Origin: Geotalea uraniireducens Rf4
Lineage (GTDB): Bacteria > Desulfobacterota > Desulfuromonadia > Geobacterales > Geobacteraceae
NCBI RefSeq assembly: GCF_000016745.1
Contig: NC_009483.1
Location: 2,910,001-2,942,000, forward strand
Length of the DNA: 32,000 nucleotides
Reading direction: 5' to 3'
The notes under the pieces are model-generated. The model was not told where the DNA came from. It saw only the letters and a program-made list of their open reading frames with translations, and did no database searches. Shown here one piece after another: positions 1 to 8,999 of the stretch. A program made the position numbers and the translations under genes. Positions within the stretch are counted from its first letter, which is position 1. Each line of letters opens with the position of its first letter.

Positions 1-753
1 GTTTATGAGCCCCTCAAAGCTTATTTGAGACAGAGCGTTCATCACCGGTTGAAAATCAATGTCTCCGTCGCCGAAGAACAGATGTTCGTGCACGTCTCCT
101 TTTATGTCCTCTATATGGATGGTCTTGATCCTGTCTCTATAGGTGAGTATGGCTTCCTCGATACTTCGCGTTTCCGAGCATCGGACGTGGCCGATATCAA
201 GGGCGAGATGCAGGCGATCTTTCAACAACGGCTCTTCGCACAGCCTGTCGTATTCCGTCAGGTCGTCGATGTACATACCCGGCTCCGGCTCCAAAGCGAT
301 ATTCATCCCCTGCTTGTCCGCATATTCAGCCACATCTGCCAGCCCCTGTACCAGGATGGGCCACGCCAACTCCGCGTCCACCTGGGGGCTGAGCCTGCCG
401 GAACAGATGGTGATCGCCTCCGCCTGAAGGGTCTTTCCGAGATCGATTGCTTTTTTGGTGAAGGTGATTCTTTCTTCACGCCCCTCGTTGCTGACGAAAC
501 CCGGCTCATGCTTGCGCCAGCGGTCGAGGAAGTAGCGCGCCCCGGTTTCTACGACGACCTTCAGGCCGCGTTGCTCCAATATTCTCGATAGAGAGGCGAT
601 CTCCTCATCGGTGGTCTTCAGGATGTTGCAGTGATTATGGTCGACCGTAATGGCAATGCCGTCGTAGCCCAGTTCGGCAAGTATCTCGATGGCGTCCTCG
701 ATGCTGTGGTGTGCAAAGCCATTGGTGTTGTAACCGAACCTGAGTCTCTTCAA
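1..753 (-). CDS. Sugar phosphate isomerase/epimerase, xylose-isomerase-like TIM barrel (IolE/IolI-like fold), paralogue 1; the C-terminal end runs off the window
   Basis: Absent from the ORF track because it is open at the window edge. Hand translation of the minus strand in the frame ending at nt 1 gives 251 codons with no stop: (TTG)KRLRFGYNTNGFAHHSIEDAIEILAELGYDGIAI...LALDIGHVRC...IHIEDIKGDVHEHLFFGDGDIDF. It is collinear with the 2122..2985 product (YNSNGF, LDIGH, HFEDIK..VHNHLLPGDGDIDF). The TTG start at 751-753 overlaps the TGA of the upstream ligase (GCTTGAAG). Confidence 0.8.
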   Translation of the reverse strand, partial: MKRLRFGYNTNGFAHHSIEDAIEILAELGYDGIAITVDHNHCNILKTTDEEIASLSRILEQRGLKVVVETGARYFLDRWRKHEPGFVSNEGREERITFTKKAIDLGKTLQAEAITICSGRLSPQVDAELAWPILVQGLADVAEYADKQGMNIALEPEPGMYIDDLTEYDRLCEEPLLKDRLHLALDIGHVRCSETRSIEEAILTYRDRIKTIHIEDIKGDVHEHLFFGDGDIDFQPVMNALSQISFEGLIN

Positions 754-2168
754 GCCAATACTCCTTCACTTTCCTGTAGCTTATTCAAAAACATTTTCCT
801 GAGCTGGGGAATATCGATCTTGTTCAACTTTGCTTTCGGCAATGTTTCACAGTAGACGATATGTTTCGGGGTCTTGTAGTCCGGCAGGCGCGACTTGCAG
901 AATTTTCTCACTTCGCTGGGAGGAAATTCGCCTCTTGTCACCAGAAACGCGGCTAACGCCCCACCGGAGACCTCATCGTTCACGCCTATGACTACCGATT
1001 CTTCAATACGAGGGTGGTCCGAGAGAATTGCGTTGATTTCTTCCGGAGCCACCTTCTTCCCCGCGACGTTAACGATATTGCCGTAACGTCCATAAATAAA
1101 CAGTCTGTTGTCCTGGTCGAGCGAGCCAATGTCACCGGTGAAGAACCAGGTCGGATGCCTGTGCAACCCCATCACATTGCCATCCGGATCCAGATAGCCA
1201 AGGCTTATGGCAGGGGTCTTTACCAGGATGCGCCCCTCCTCTATCTTGACCTCCACGTTGTCCAGTACCGTCCCCACGCACTGAGGGGGGAGCTCTTCTC
1301 CCTCTCTTTCCACAGCCAGAAGGGAGGTTTCGCTGGTGGCGTACATCTCGCGCACCCATATGCCGTATTTCGCCAGCAGGAGCTCTTTTTCGCTTCGGGT
1401 CAGCCGGGATGAACCGGAATACCATCTGGTTCCCTGGTCGATGACCACATTCCTCACCACCGGCATTCTGCTAACGACCTGGTACATAAAAGCCGGTGCC
1501 TTGACCAACGAAGGTTTATGTTTGGTGACCAGCCCCAGAAAGGTCTTCGGCAGGAACTTTTTGATAAGCAGATTCTTGGCTCCTGTATCCAGGGCTGCCA
1601 TTACCGGCATAATGCCTGCCGAGTGATATATCGGCGCAGCGGTGAAGACACAGTCGCTCCCTGTGGTCCCGTATGCGGCATTGGAAAGTCTCGCCGCCTG
1701 CAAGATACTCTCTATGGAGTGGACAATCCCTTTCGGTTTCCCGGTCGTACCGGAAGTCAAAAGGAAAAGTGCAGGCGAACCGTAGTCTATTTCGATGTCA
1801 TAGTCTTGCGTCGGCGTCTTGCAGTCGGCTTTTTCCAGCGAGTCTTCCACTGCTATGTACGTAATGTCGAAGGTCTGCGACAGGTTTCCCTTTTCTCTTT
1901 GCAGCGTGGCGGGATCCAGGGGGAGTACCCCCATACCTAAACGTACAGCTCCGAAGAGTGTGGCTAGAAACTCGAAGGGATCCGCAATAGCAACTCCAAT
2001 GATGGCGCCTTTTTGCAGCTTTTCACGTTGCCATTTCCCACTCCACGCCATGGACCGCTCGATGAGTTGGCGGTAGCTATACTCCCGGTCCTCGTAAACG
2101 AGGGCAGGGCTGTCTGCTGCCTCAAACTGCAACGAAGCTTGCAGTATATGCTTCAGGGCACTTGTCAT
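750..2168 (-). CDS. AMP-dependent synthetase/ligase (adenylate-forming enzyme, acyl-AMP/acyl-ACP ligase-like)
   Basis: 472 aa. Adenylation motifs are present: LTSGTTGKPKGIVHS, MYATSETS (YGxTE-like), FFTGDIGSLD, GKKVAPEEIN and a C-terminal lysine region. The N-terminus ...SPALVYEDREYSYRQL is typical of the family. ATG 2168 lies 47 nt inside the upstream gene. An ACP gene lies two genes upstream. Confidence 0.9.
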   Translation of the reverse strand: MTSALKHILQASLQFEAADSPALVYEDREYSYRQLIERSMAWSGKWQREKLQKGAIIGVAIADPFEFLATLFGAVRLGMGVLPLDPATLQREKGNLSQTFDITYIAVEDSLEKADCKTPTQDYDIEIDYGSPALFLLTSGTTGKPKGIVHSIESILQAARLSNAAYGTTGSDCVFTAAPIYHSAGIMPVMAALDTGAKNLLIKKFLPKTFLGLVTKHKPSLVKAPAFMYQVVSRMPVVRNVVIDQGTRWYSGSSRLTRSEKELLLAKYGIWVREMYATSETSLLAVEREGEELPPQCVGTVLDNVEVKIEEGRILVKTPAISLGYLDPDGNVMGLHRHPTWFFTGDIGSLDQDNRLFIYGRYGNIVNVAGKKVAPEEINAILSDHPRIEESVVIGVNDEVSGGALAAFLVTRGEFPPSEVRKFCKSRLPDYKTPKHIVYCETLPKAKLNKIDIPQLRKMFLNKLQESEGVLA

Positions 2169-2985
2169 AGTTGATTCTCTTGAAGTAATTGAGACTGTGC
2201 AAAGCGGCTTCTGCCGGCTTCACATCATAGGTATAAAGCTCCACAGAGCAGTATCCCTCGTAGGAATTGCCAGAGAGTAGCTTCACGATCTTCCCAAAGT
2301 CAATATCTCCGTCCCCCGGCAACAAGTGGTTGTGAACCCGGTCTTTGATATCTTCGAAGTGCATGTGCTTGACCGATGCTCCCAACGAATTTATCGCCTC
2401 GCAGATATCCTCATTGGTGCACTGCGCGTGTCCGATATCCAAGGTAGCCCAGAGGGAGCCTTGGTATAATGGGAGCAGTTTAGCCAGATGTTCCACCCGC
2501 TCGACCAACATGCCCATCTCATTTTCTATGAGCAGATTGACGGTGCCGTCGCTTTTGGCCAGGATGGTATCAATCGATTCCCTAAGGCGGCGGTATCCCT
2601 CTTCTTCGCTGCATTGCTCCGGAAGAATCCCCGAGGTGATGGTCACGTTCTTGGCGCCGATGGCGGTGGCCGCTGCGATTGTGCTCAGTATGAGGTCGAT
2701 CCTTTTCTGTCGGTCGTTTTTGCTGTCGCTAATCAGCGAAGGCTCGAAATCGATGTCGCTCATCAGGTCCTTCGCCCCGGTGTGGAGATTGACGACGCTA
2801 ATGCCGGTGGCTTTCAACTTGTCCGTCAAACTATGCAGGTACTTGTCGGAATGATAGAGCGGGTCCAGATGATTGCGGTGGCAGGAGATCTCGATCGCCT
2901 GATAGCCTACCTCATGCAGGTCATCCAGAGTTAGTTCCATATCGAACCGCCTGAATCCATTCGAGTTGTAGCAGAGCTTGAACAC
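2122..2985 (-). CDS. Sugar phosphate isomerase/epimerase, xylose-isomerase-like TIM barrel, paralogue 2
   Basis: 287 aa: MFKLCYNSNGF...LIENEMG...LDIGHAQC...HFEDIKDRVHNHLLPGDGDIDF. The pattern of metal-ligand-like E/D/H/E residues fits the AP-endonuclease-2/xylose isomerase-like fold. The GTG start at 2983-2985 shares one nt with the ACP TAG stop. Confidence 0.8.
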   Translation of the reverse strand: MFKLCYNSNGFRRFDMELTLDDLHEVGYQAIEISCHRNHLDPLYHSDKYLHSLTDKLKATGISVVNLHTGAKDLMSDIDFEPSLISDSKNDRQKRIDLILSTIAAATAIGAKNVTITSGILPEQCSEEEGYRRLRESIDTILAKSDGTVNLLIENEMGMLVERVEHLAKLLPLYQGSLWATLDIGHAQCTNEDICEAINSLGASVKHMHFEDIKDRVHNHLLPGDGDIDFGKIVKLLSGNSYEGYCSVELYTYDVKPAEAALHSLNYFKRINYDKCPEAYTASFVAV

Positions 2986-3233
2986 TACGCGGCACCTCCG
3001 GTTTGAGTCGTGATAAAGCTATGGATGGTATTGACACTCTCCAGGACCTTGTAGATCTGGTCATCGGATATGGTGACGTCGTACTTTTCTTCCAGCGATG
3101 ACGCCAATTCCAAGGCGTTGATCGAATCAAGGCCTATCTCCTCGTTCAAAGACACGGCGTCTGGGATTTCTGCCGGAGTTATGGAAAGTTTCAGCGAACT
3201 GACTATCAACTCTTTGATCTCTTCTCTACTCAT
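2985..3233 (-). CDS. Acyl carrier protein
   Basis: 82 aa from the internal ATG at 3231-3233, which overlaps the TGA of the upstream KS-beta gene (ATGA). MSREEIKELIV...EEIGLDSINALELASSLEEKYDV carries the D-S-(L/I) phosphopantetheine attachment motif. The 128-aa form in the ORF track is an N-terminal over-extension into the KS-beta gene. Confidence 0.88.
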   Translation of the reverse strand: MSREEIKELIVSSLKLSITPAEIPDAVSLNEEIGLDSINALELASSLEEKYDVTISDDQIYKVLESVNTIHSFITTQTGGAA

Positions 3234-4459
3234 ACAAAGACCTCCTTGGTTGTTAATAACACAGAGGAATAATTCCCCATCGGGCTGAAATTGTTGATGA
3301 TTGCCGACTTCATGCGATGCTCGGAAATGACAGTTGGCGGCGCTTCTGCATCCACCTTTTGGCCTGGCCATTCAAGAAGAGGTGCTCCTCTGTTCTTGAA
3401 ACCACATAGTGCCGATACCAGTTGGAATAAGCCAGCCGCGCCAAACGTTTCCCCCAAAGCACGTTTAAGAGCCGTCACTGGCAAGCTCTTTTGACCCAGT
3501 AACCTTCGCAGGGCGTTTCTCTCCAATCCATCCATGACCCTGTCGCCATTGGCATTGGCAGAGATGTATCCCAGCAATACGTCGTCCACAACTGGCACTC
3601 TGTCCAGGCAGTCCATTATTGTCTCAGCCATCATTCTTACACGTTTAATTGAAGAGCTTGATGATGATCGTATCGATATCTCTTCTATGAAGCCGAGGAT
3701 ATCAGCCCCCCTGTTCAGGGCAGAATCCGCATCCTCCAGAAGGACTGCAGCGGCCCCTTCACCAAGGCAAAGCCCTTGTTTTTGCGGAAGATTACTGCTA
3801 CTACTCTGGCCACTGCCGTCGACGGCGATTTCTTCCAAAAGGCCCATCCCCCACAAGGATTCGATGACAAAGGGCGATAATTCCTCTGCTCCAACGACGA
3901 GCATGGCGCGCGCCTTTCCGGTCACGATCGCGAGGCTCGCCTGAAACAAGGCATCTACCGAGGAGGACGCAAAGCTTGAGACAATGGTGTTGTAACCCTT
4001 CAAGCCTAATTCCAGGCAGATGGTCCCGACCGATTCGTTGGGAACGCACCTGCTGGCTTTTAACGGTGAGACGCGCCCAGTTGGACGGGACAAGGCGCTG
4101 CAAACGCTTTCTCTGAACACGGTCCCGGAGAGTGCCGTTCCTACCAGCGCACCGACGTCCTTTAATCCATGGCAAGCCATCCCGCTCATGTCCAAGGCTT
4201 CTTTGCCAGCCAAGGCCGCCATCTTACTCAGCTTGGTCGCGTAACGACTGGTGTTCGGGTCCAGCCCTTCGGAAAACTCCTGCTCGTCTGCTAGAGATAC
4301 CCGGACCCGGACGTTACTTCCTTGAGCGGGAGCCATGAGTGCGAAATGACCCTGGCCCTGTTCCACGTTCCTGGAAAAAACGTCGATCCCTTTCCCAAAA
4401 ACGGAGACCGAACCCATCCCAGTTATGGCGATCTTTTTATTCAATTCTGAAAAACGCAC
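3230..4459 (-). CDS. Beta-ketoacyl synthase-like protein lacking the catalytic triad (KS-beta / chain-length-factor-like partner)
   Basis: 409 aa with a thiolase/KS fold, collinear with the adjacent KS. The aligned catalytic positions are substituted: SSFASS versus SACTAS (Cys to Phe), ISANANGD versus CAHGTGT (His to Asn), and LGETFGAAG versus IGHTNGAAA (His to Glu). Confidence 0.8.
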   Translation of the reverse strand: MRFSELNKKIAITGMGSVSVFGKGIDVFSRNVEQGQGHFALMAPAQGSNVRVRVSLADEQEFSEGLDPNTSRYATKLSKMAALAGKEALDMSGMACHGLKDVGALVGTALSGTVFRESVCSALSRPTGRVSPLKASRCVPNESVGTICLELGLKGYNTIVSSFASSSVDALFQASLAIVTGKARAMLVVGAEELSPFVIESLWGMGLLEEIAVDGSGQSSSSNLPQKQGLCLGEGAAAVLLEDADSALNRGADILGFIEEISIRSSSSSSIKRVRMMAETIMDCLDRVPVVDDVLLGYISANANGDRVMDGLERNALRRLLGQKSLPVTALKRALGETFGAAGLFQLVSALCGFKNRGAPLLEWPGQKVDAEAPPTVISEHRMKSAIINNFSPMGNYSSVLLTTKEVFV

Positions 4460-4463
4460 TCGT

Positions 4464-5687
4464 CTACTCCGATGTCTTGGTTATGAGGACCGAACTACAT
4501 TGTCCTCCGAAGGCATAAGCGTTTGAGAGGCAGACCGATACTTCAGTTTTCCTGGCCTTGTTCGAGACATAGTCGAGATCGCAGGACTCATCCCTTACCT
4601 CAAGATGTATGGTCGGAGGCACCACACCAGCCTCTATGCTCAGCACGCAGGTCGCCGCGGAGATGGCTGCGGCTGCGCCATTGGTGTGCCCAATGCAGGA
4701 TTTAATGGAACTGACCGGGATCTGGTAAGCCTGATTGCCGAACAGTCGCTTAATGGCAGCTGTTTCTGCCACATCGTTAAGCTTTGTCCCCGTCCCGTGT
4801 GCGCAGATGTAATCGACATCATGGATGTGTTTTCCTCCCGACTCCAGAGCAATTCTCATCGCTTCCGCGGCAGAATGTCCTGACGGATCGGGAGCCGTAA
4901 TGTCATAGGCATCATTGGTCAAGCCGTAGCCAGTCAAAAACGCCTTTGCTCTCTTCTTTCGCTGTTTCAGGTGTACTTGTGCTTCCAGCACCAAGGCTGC
5001 GGCCCCCTCTGAAAGGGCCAATCCGCTTCTATTGTTGTCGAAGGGCCTGCACCCTTTCTTCTCCAATGCGCGGTAGGAATCGAAGCAGGCATACTCAAAA
5101 GGGGTTAGGATGTCTACTCCAACCACGATGGCCATGTCGCACAACCCGCAGGCGATCAGGTCATAGGCGTAGCCGATTGCGGCATTGCTGGCGGTGCACG
5201 CCGATATGTTGGTCAAAGCTCCATTGCTGATGCTGTATTTCCGCACCAGCGAGTCGGTCAGGGCATGGTGCGGATAAGCCAGCAATCGGCCGTAGTCGGC
5301 TTTGGTGAGCTCGGCCCTCCCCTGATGTTCCTTAACCGCGAGCAGATGCGATACTCCACCGACGGCAGAGGCTACCACCAGTACGCAGTTCTGCTTTCTC
5401 AGTTGCTCGACGGAAAGTCCGGCTTCCAGCAGCGCTTCATCCATGACCTGGGTTGCCAGGGCGAGGGGCAGCTCCTCCTTGCAGGGGGTCTCTCGTCCCG
5501 GAACCCAGCTGACCTCCCCGCCGCAATGGGTGGAAAAGCGCGACGTGTCAAAGGACGCGATTGGGCTGATACCATCGGTTCCATTGACGAGATTGGCGAA
5601 AAACTCCTCCTTACCCGTTCCGATGGGCGAGGAAACCCCTACTCCTGAGATAGCTACTTTCTTAAGGAGTTTCATGACTTGCCTCAT
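4464..5687 (-). CDS. Beta-ketoacyl-ACP synthase II-like (FabF-type KS-alpha) with an intact Cys-His-His triad
   Basis: 407 aa with NISACTASNAAIG (active-site Cys), CAHGTGTKLND, SSIKSCIGHTNGAAAA and a C-terminal NAYAFGGQCSSVLI. An alternative start is ATG 5675 (MKLLKKVAISGVG), preceded by GAGG 6 nt upstream. Only 4 nt separate it from the downstream KS-beta gene. Confidence 0.9.
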   Translation of the reverse strand: MRQVMKLLKKVAISGVGVSSPIGTGKEEFFANLVNGTDGISPIASFDTSRFSTHCGGEVSWVPGRETPCKEELPLALATQVMDEALLEAGLSVEQLRKQNCVLVVASAVGGVSHLLAVKEHQGRAELTKADYGRLLAYPHHALTDSLVRKYSISNGALTNISACTASNAAIGYAYDLIACGLCDMAIVVGVDILTPFEYACFDSYRALEKKGCRPFDNNRSGLALSEGAAALVLEAQVHLKQRKKRAKAFLTGYGLTNDAYDITAPDPSGHSAAEAMRIALESGGKHIHDVDYICAHGTGTKLNDVAETAAIKRLFGNQAYQIPVSSIKSCIGHTNGAAAAISAATCVLSIEAGVVPPTIHLEVRDESCDLDYVSNKARKTEVSVCLSNAYAFGGQCSSVLITKTSE

Positions 5688-6447
5688 GGATCATCTCTGC
5701 TAGCCCCTGATACTTCTGAAAAACCAAGTCATGGAAATAATCCCGGTCGCTCCAGGGAAACTGATCCAGCGTTCCCCTGGCAACGGAGAGTATCGCCGAC
5801 TGTATGATCTCTTTGGAGAGACCGGACTCCTTGAGCCGGTGACAGATCTTCCCGGCAGCCAGCATGATCTCTTCAGCCGCCACCAGGTTGACATTCCGGT
5901 ACAGGCTCTCGTCGCGGGTTAGGGTCACTTTCCCGATTTTGCCGAAGATGCTTGCCAGGTATCTGGCGTCCGCATCGCTTTGGGCATTCACAATGAAATG
6001 CCCGATGTCTTCTTTGAGTAAATTGTCTGCTTCTCCGATCACCTTCATGCTAGCTGGCCGGGCGTACAGAAAATGGGTTGACTGCAGGTCTTCCAGCATC
6101 ACCGCGGTGGAGAGGTTCACGAGCAGGATGGGCTTGACGAGCAAGCCATCGAGCATTTTCATGCAGGGAAGGACTTCGCCTTTGGGCAAGGCGATCAGTA
6201 CCGCTTTCGCTTCTGCCATATCCTGTGGGGCAGAGTACACTGCCACGTTAGGCGTTTGTTCCAGCTTTGCAGTCTTGCTGCGGTCGGCGTCATGGACGAC
6301 TATGCGGTAATAGGGGGACAGCTTATGCACCAAAAGATTCCCCAGCTTTCCTGCGCCCCAAATGGCTATAGTCTCGTCGGTAAATTCCATTTCTCTCATA
6401 TCCCCAGGTCTGCTCTGCAAGAGAGCGGTGCAGCGGTGTCGAGGCAC
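5662..6447 (-). CDS. NAD(P)-binding oxidoreductase, pyrroline-5-carboxylate-reductase (ProC)-like
   Basis: An N-terminal Rossmann motif (IAIWGAGKLGNLL) is followed by a helical C-terminal half. The start is uncertain. GTG 6447 lies 18 nt after the upstream stop and is preceded by AAGGGG. ATG 6399 and ATG 6390 would give a shorter, more typical N-terminus. Confidence 0.6.
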   Translation of the reverse strand: MPRHRCTALLQSRPGDMREMEFTDETIAIWGAGKLGNLLVHKLSPYYRIVVHDADRSKTAKLEQTPNVAVYSAPQDMAEAKAVLIALPKGEVLPCMKMLDGLLVKPILLVNLSTAVMLEDLQSTHFLYARPASMKVIGEADNLLKEDIGHFIVNAQSDADARYLASIFGKIGKVTLTRDESLYRNVNLVAAEEIMLAAGKICHRLKESGLSKEIIQSAILSVARGTLDQFPWSDRDYFHDLVFQKYQGLAEMIHEASHETP

Positions 6448-6465
6448 CGCCCCTTGCAGCTAATG

Positions 6466-7770
6466 CTAATTTTGGTTGTTTTGATCGTTTCCGAACAGCA
6501 CTGCCTCGTAACCTTCCAGATCGAGAAAGCCATGACCGCTAAAGCAGGCCACGATCACCCTTTCCTTACCTTCCTCTTTGGCCTCGTATGCCTCATGAAA
6601 GACCCCTTTGATGGCGTGGCAGGTTTCCGGGGCCGGAAGAATCCCCTCGACCTTGGTGAAAATCCTCCCACAAGCAAATACATCGGACTGTTCATAGGCA
6701 ACCGCTTCCAGGTATCCCAGGTGCCTTAGCAGACTGACCAAGGGCGAGCCCCCATGCTGACGCAATCCCCCAACGTGCATCCTGGGAGGTACAAAGTCGG
6801 TCCCCAGTGTGTAGGCCTTGTTGAGAGGAGTGAGCTTGCCCGGATCTCCATGCTCATAGCGGTAAGTACCCTGGGTCAGACGGGGTGCCGCCGTCGATTC
6901 CACGGCCAGGAAGCGCAGTTTGTTCTGCAGTCGATCCTTAAGGAAGGGCATCATAAAGCCTCCCAGGTTGCTACCGCCGCCTACGCAGGCAATCAGTACG
7001 TCAGGCTTTTCGCCAGCCAGTTTCAGCTGTACCTCGGTTTCCAGGCCAATCACCGTATTGTGCAGCAGAGTGTGCATGGCGTTGCTGCCATTCAGATAAC
7101 AGATGCCTTCATTCTCCATGGCGAATTCCAAGGCATCGCTGATCCCGGAATTCACCGAGCCCGGGTGGTCCGGCATCTTTTCCAACAGCGCCCGGCCTGA
7201 CTTGGTATGACGGCTCGGTGATGGCAGGAATTCTGCGCCGAAGATCTGCGAGTGGATTCTCCGGTAAGGCTTCTGGTTGAATGACACTTCCGGCATAAAT
7301 ACCGTGCAGGAAAGGCCGTATTGAGCGCAGGCCAGCGCCACGGAAGTGCCCCACTGACCGGCTCCGGTCTGAGTGACCACCCCCTTGTATCCCTCTTTTT
7401 TCACATAGTAGGCTTGTGCCAGACTGGTGTTCGGCTTAAAACTCCCCGTGCAGAGAAGATCTTCCCGTTTGAAGTATATTCGCGCGGGAGTGTCCAGGTA
7501 TCTTTCCAGGTTGCGGGCGCGGTAAAGGGGTGTCGGCCTACCGATTACCAGGTATTTCTCCAAGATCTCTTCAGGGATGTCGAGCCAGCGCTCTTCCATG
7601 ACATCCTGTTCCTGGAGGGTTTTGGGAGTGATTTCCCTGATCTTCTGAATCCTCGAATCTGTTCCCTCAGGGTCTCTGGGAGGCGGCAGCTCTTCCGGCA
7701 AATCTTTCCGGCTGTTATACCACCTCCTCGGGACATCCTTTGCGTCTAAGCGTATGTGAGGACTATACAT
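6466..7770 (-). CDS. TrpB-like PLP-dependent enzyme (TrpB2 / trpB_rel type), paralogue 1
   Basis: FKREDLLCTGSFKPNTSLAQAYYVKKEGYKGVVTQTGAGQWGTSVALACAQYGL, VSFNQKPYRR, GGGSNLGG. The start is set at ATG 7770 (MYSPHIRLDAKDVPRRWYN) by alignment with paralogue 2 (MYMQEIRIDLPIEELPTKWYN). This start overlaps the upstream TAG by 8 nt. The ORF-track start at 7806 is probably an over-extension. Confidence 0.85.
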   Translation of the reverse strand: MYSPHIRLDAKDVPRRWYNSRKDLPEELPPPRDPEGTDSRIQKIREITPKTLQEQDVMEERWLDIPEEILEKYLVIGRPTPLYRARNLERYLDTPARIYFKREDLLCTGSFKPNTSLAQAYYVKKEGYKGVVTQTGAGQWGTSVALACAQYGLSCTVFMPEVSFNQKPYRRIHSQIFGAEFLPSPSRHTKSGRALLEKMPDHPGSVNSGISDALEFAMENEGICYLNGSNAMHTLLHNTVIGLETEVQLKLAGEKPDVLIACVGGGSNLGGFMMPFLKDRLQNKLRFLAVESTAAPRLTQGTYRYEHGDPGKLTPLNKAYTLGTDFVPPRMHVGGLRQHGGSPLVSLLRHLGYLEAVAYEQSDVFACGRIFTKVEGILPAPETCHAIKGVFHEAYEAKEEGKERVIVACFSGHGFLDLEGYEAVLFGNDQNNQN

Positions 7771-8971
7771 ATGCCGACCCCTGCTGGAGGTACTGTTGCG
7801 ATACATGATCAGTAAGCGTGCCCCACTGGACGAAGAAATCGTGGTTGGTAAAGTTGTAGGGCGACTTGAAATAGCATGCCAACTGAGTGAGAACCCCTTT
7901 CTCCCCCTTCTGATAGAAGAAGTCGGTCAGGCGGATCAGGTCAAGGATCAACGGGGCTGCAAGAATGGAATCCTTGCCCACCCAGTTGATCTTCATCGAC
8001 ATTTCCTCGCCGAGCCAGCCGCAGAAATCGATGTTATCCCAAGCCTCCTTGGCATCGCCTCTGGGCTTGTAGTAGTTGATCTTCACCTGGTGGTCGAAGT
8101 TGTCATAGCCCATGATCTCAGACAAGACGCCAGTCTTGGTCTCGATTTTGGTTTTCAGGTTTTCCGGGGAGTTGAGGACTTCGCCGTCCTTGTTGCCAAG
8201 GATGTTCACACTGTACCAGCCGGTCAACTTGAGTGACCGGGCCTTCAGCATCGGTGCAATGACCGTTTTGTAGAGGGTCTGCCCGGTCTTCCCATCCTTG
8301 CCGGCGACCACCACCCCTTTTTGATTCATGAGGTCCATGAGGGCGGGGATATCGACCGTGACAGACGGGGTGAAATTGACATACGGGGATTTGGTCATGA
8401 TGGCTGCATAGGCGTAGAGCATCCCAAAGGTGATCCGGCTACTGTCTTGATCAAGCCCACTTTCGAAGTTCTCGATGCTCTGATACTCCGGAACTCCCTG
8501 CACCTGGATAAATTTATCGGTGGAAGAGAGGTTGACCACGATGACATGGTCGAGGCCATGACGGCTCTTGAACTTCTCGATATCGTTGATCAACGCGGTG
8601 GTAATTGCCCTTCGGCTCGGCGCCTCGATGGCGTTCTCCCTGAAGCTGTCGATGATGCCGCCGTCGTTTGTTGCCGCCCCGGCCAAGACGACCACCTCTT
8701 GAAGCTTATTTTTTGTCGCCTCCAGGATTTTCTCTTTCACCACCTTGTGTTCCAATGCAGCGGTATAGAGGTCCTTTTTCACGATATCCCAGCCACCAAA
8801 GACGATGTCCTCAATTGGAACCAGGTTCAAGGCTTTGAGGGTCTGGTCGTTATCTGTGGTCAGATAACTTTCTTCCATAAGTCCCAGCTTCTTGGCAAAG
8901 GCTCCGGCGATGACCGTTGTTGAGATACTACCCAGTGCCCCAACGAATAATGCTCCGATTTTCTTTTTCAT
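7763..8971 (-). CDS. Inositol-3-phosphate (myo-inositol-1-phosphate) synthase family enzyme
   Basis: 402 aa, with an N-terminal Rossmann segment ALFVGALGSISTT. It closely resembles remembered archaeal/bacterial MIPS sequences: MLYAYAA...PYVNFTPS...IPAL...AGKDGKTGQTL.KT..APM, GWYSVNILGNKDGEVL, SILAAPLILDLIRL, YFKSP. Confidence 0.82.
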   Translation of the reverse strand: MKKKIGALFVGALGSISTTVIAGAFAKKLGLMEESYLTTDNDQTLKALNLVPIEDIVFGGWDIVKKDLYTAALEHKVVKEKILEATKNKLQEVVVLAGAATNDGGIIDSFRENAIEAPSRRAITTALINDIEKFKSRHGLDHVIVVNLSSTDKFIQVQGVPEYQSIENFESGLDQDSSRITFGMLYAYAAIMTKSPYVNFTPSVTVDIPALMDLMNQKGVVVAGKDGKTGQTLYKTVIAPMLKARSLKLTGWYSVNILGNKDGEVLNSPENLKTKIETKTGVLSEIMGYDNFDHQVKINYYKPRGDAKEAWDNIDFCGWLGEEMSMKINWVGKDSILAAPLILDLIRLTDFFYQKGEKGVLTQLACYFKSPYNFTNHDFFVQWGTLTDHVSQQYLQQGSAYV

Positions 8972-8999
8972 TTTCTGCTCCTTTAGTGTTTGATTAGTT

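Noticed and set aside
25-591. 188-aa plus-strand ORF at the left edge
   Set aside because: It lies in exact codon register opposite the minus-strand TIM-barrel gene (1..753). That gene translates into a clearly conserved protein paralogous to 2122..2985. The plus-strand product has no recognisable motifs and looks like an antisense shadow ORF.
2985-3371. N-terminally extended ORF-track models: ACP (128 aa), LysR from 18055, ArfB-like from 19792, phosphatase from 20397, Pta-N-like from 22497, ATPase from 26485, TrpB-like from 7806
   Set aside because: In each case an internal ATG gives a family-typical N-terminus, has a better SD, and/or removes an overlap with a neighbouring or divergent gene.
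8321-8923. 200-aa plus-strand ORF, together with many similar 60-170-aa ORFs opposite the operon genes between 750 and 12300
   Set aside because: All overlap confidently assigned minus-strand genes and lack motifs. They are typical shadow ORFs of moderately GC-rich coding sequence.
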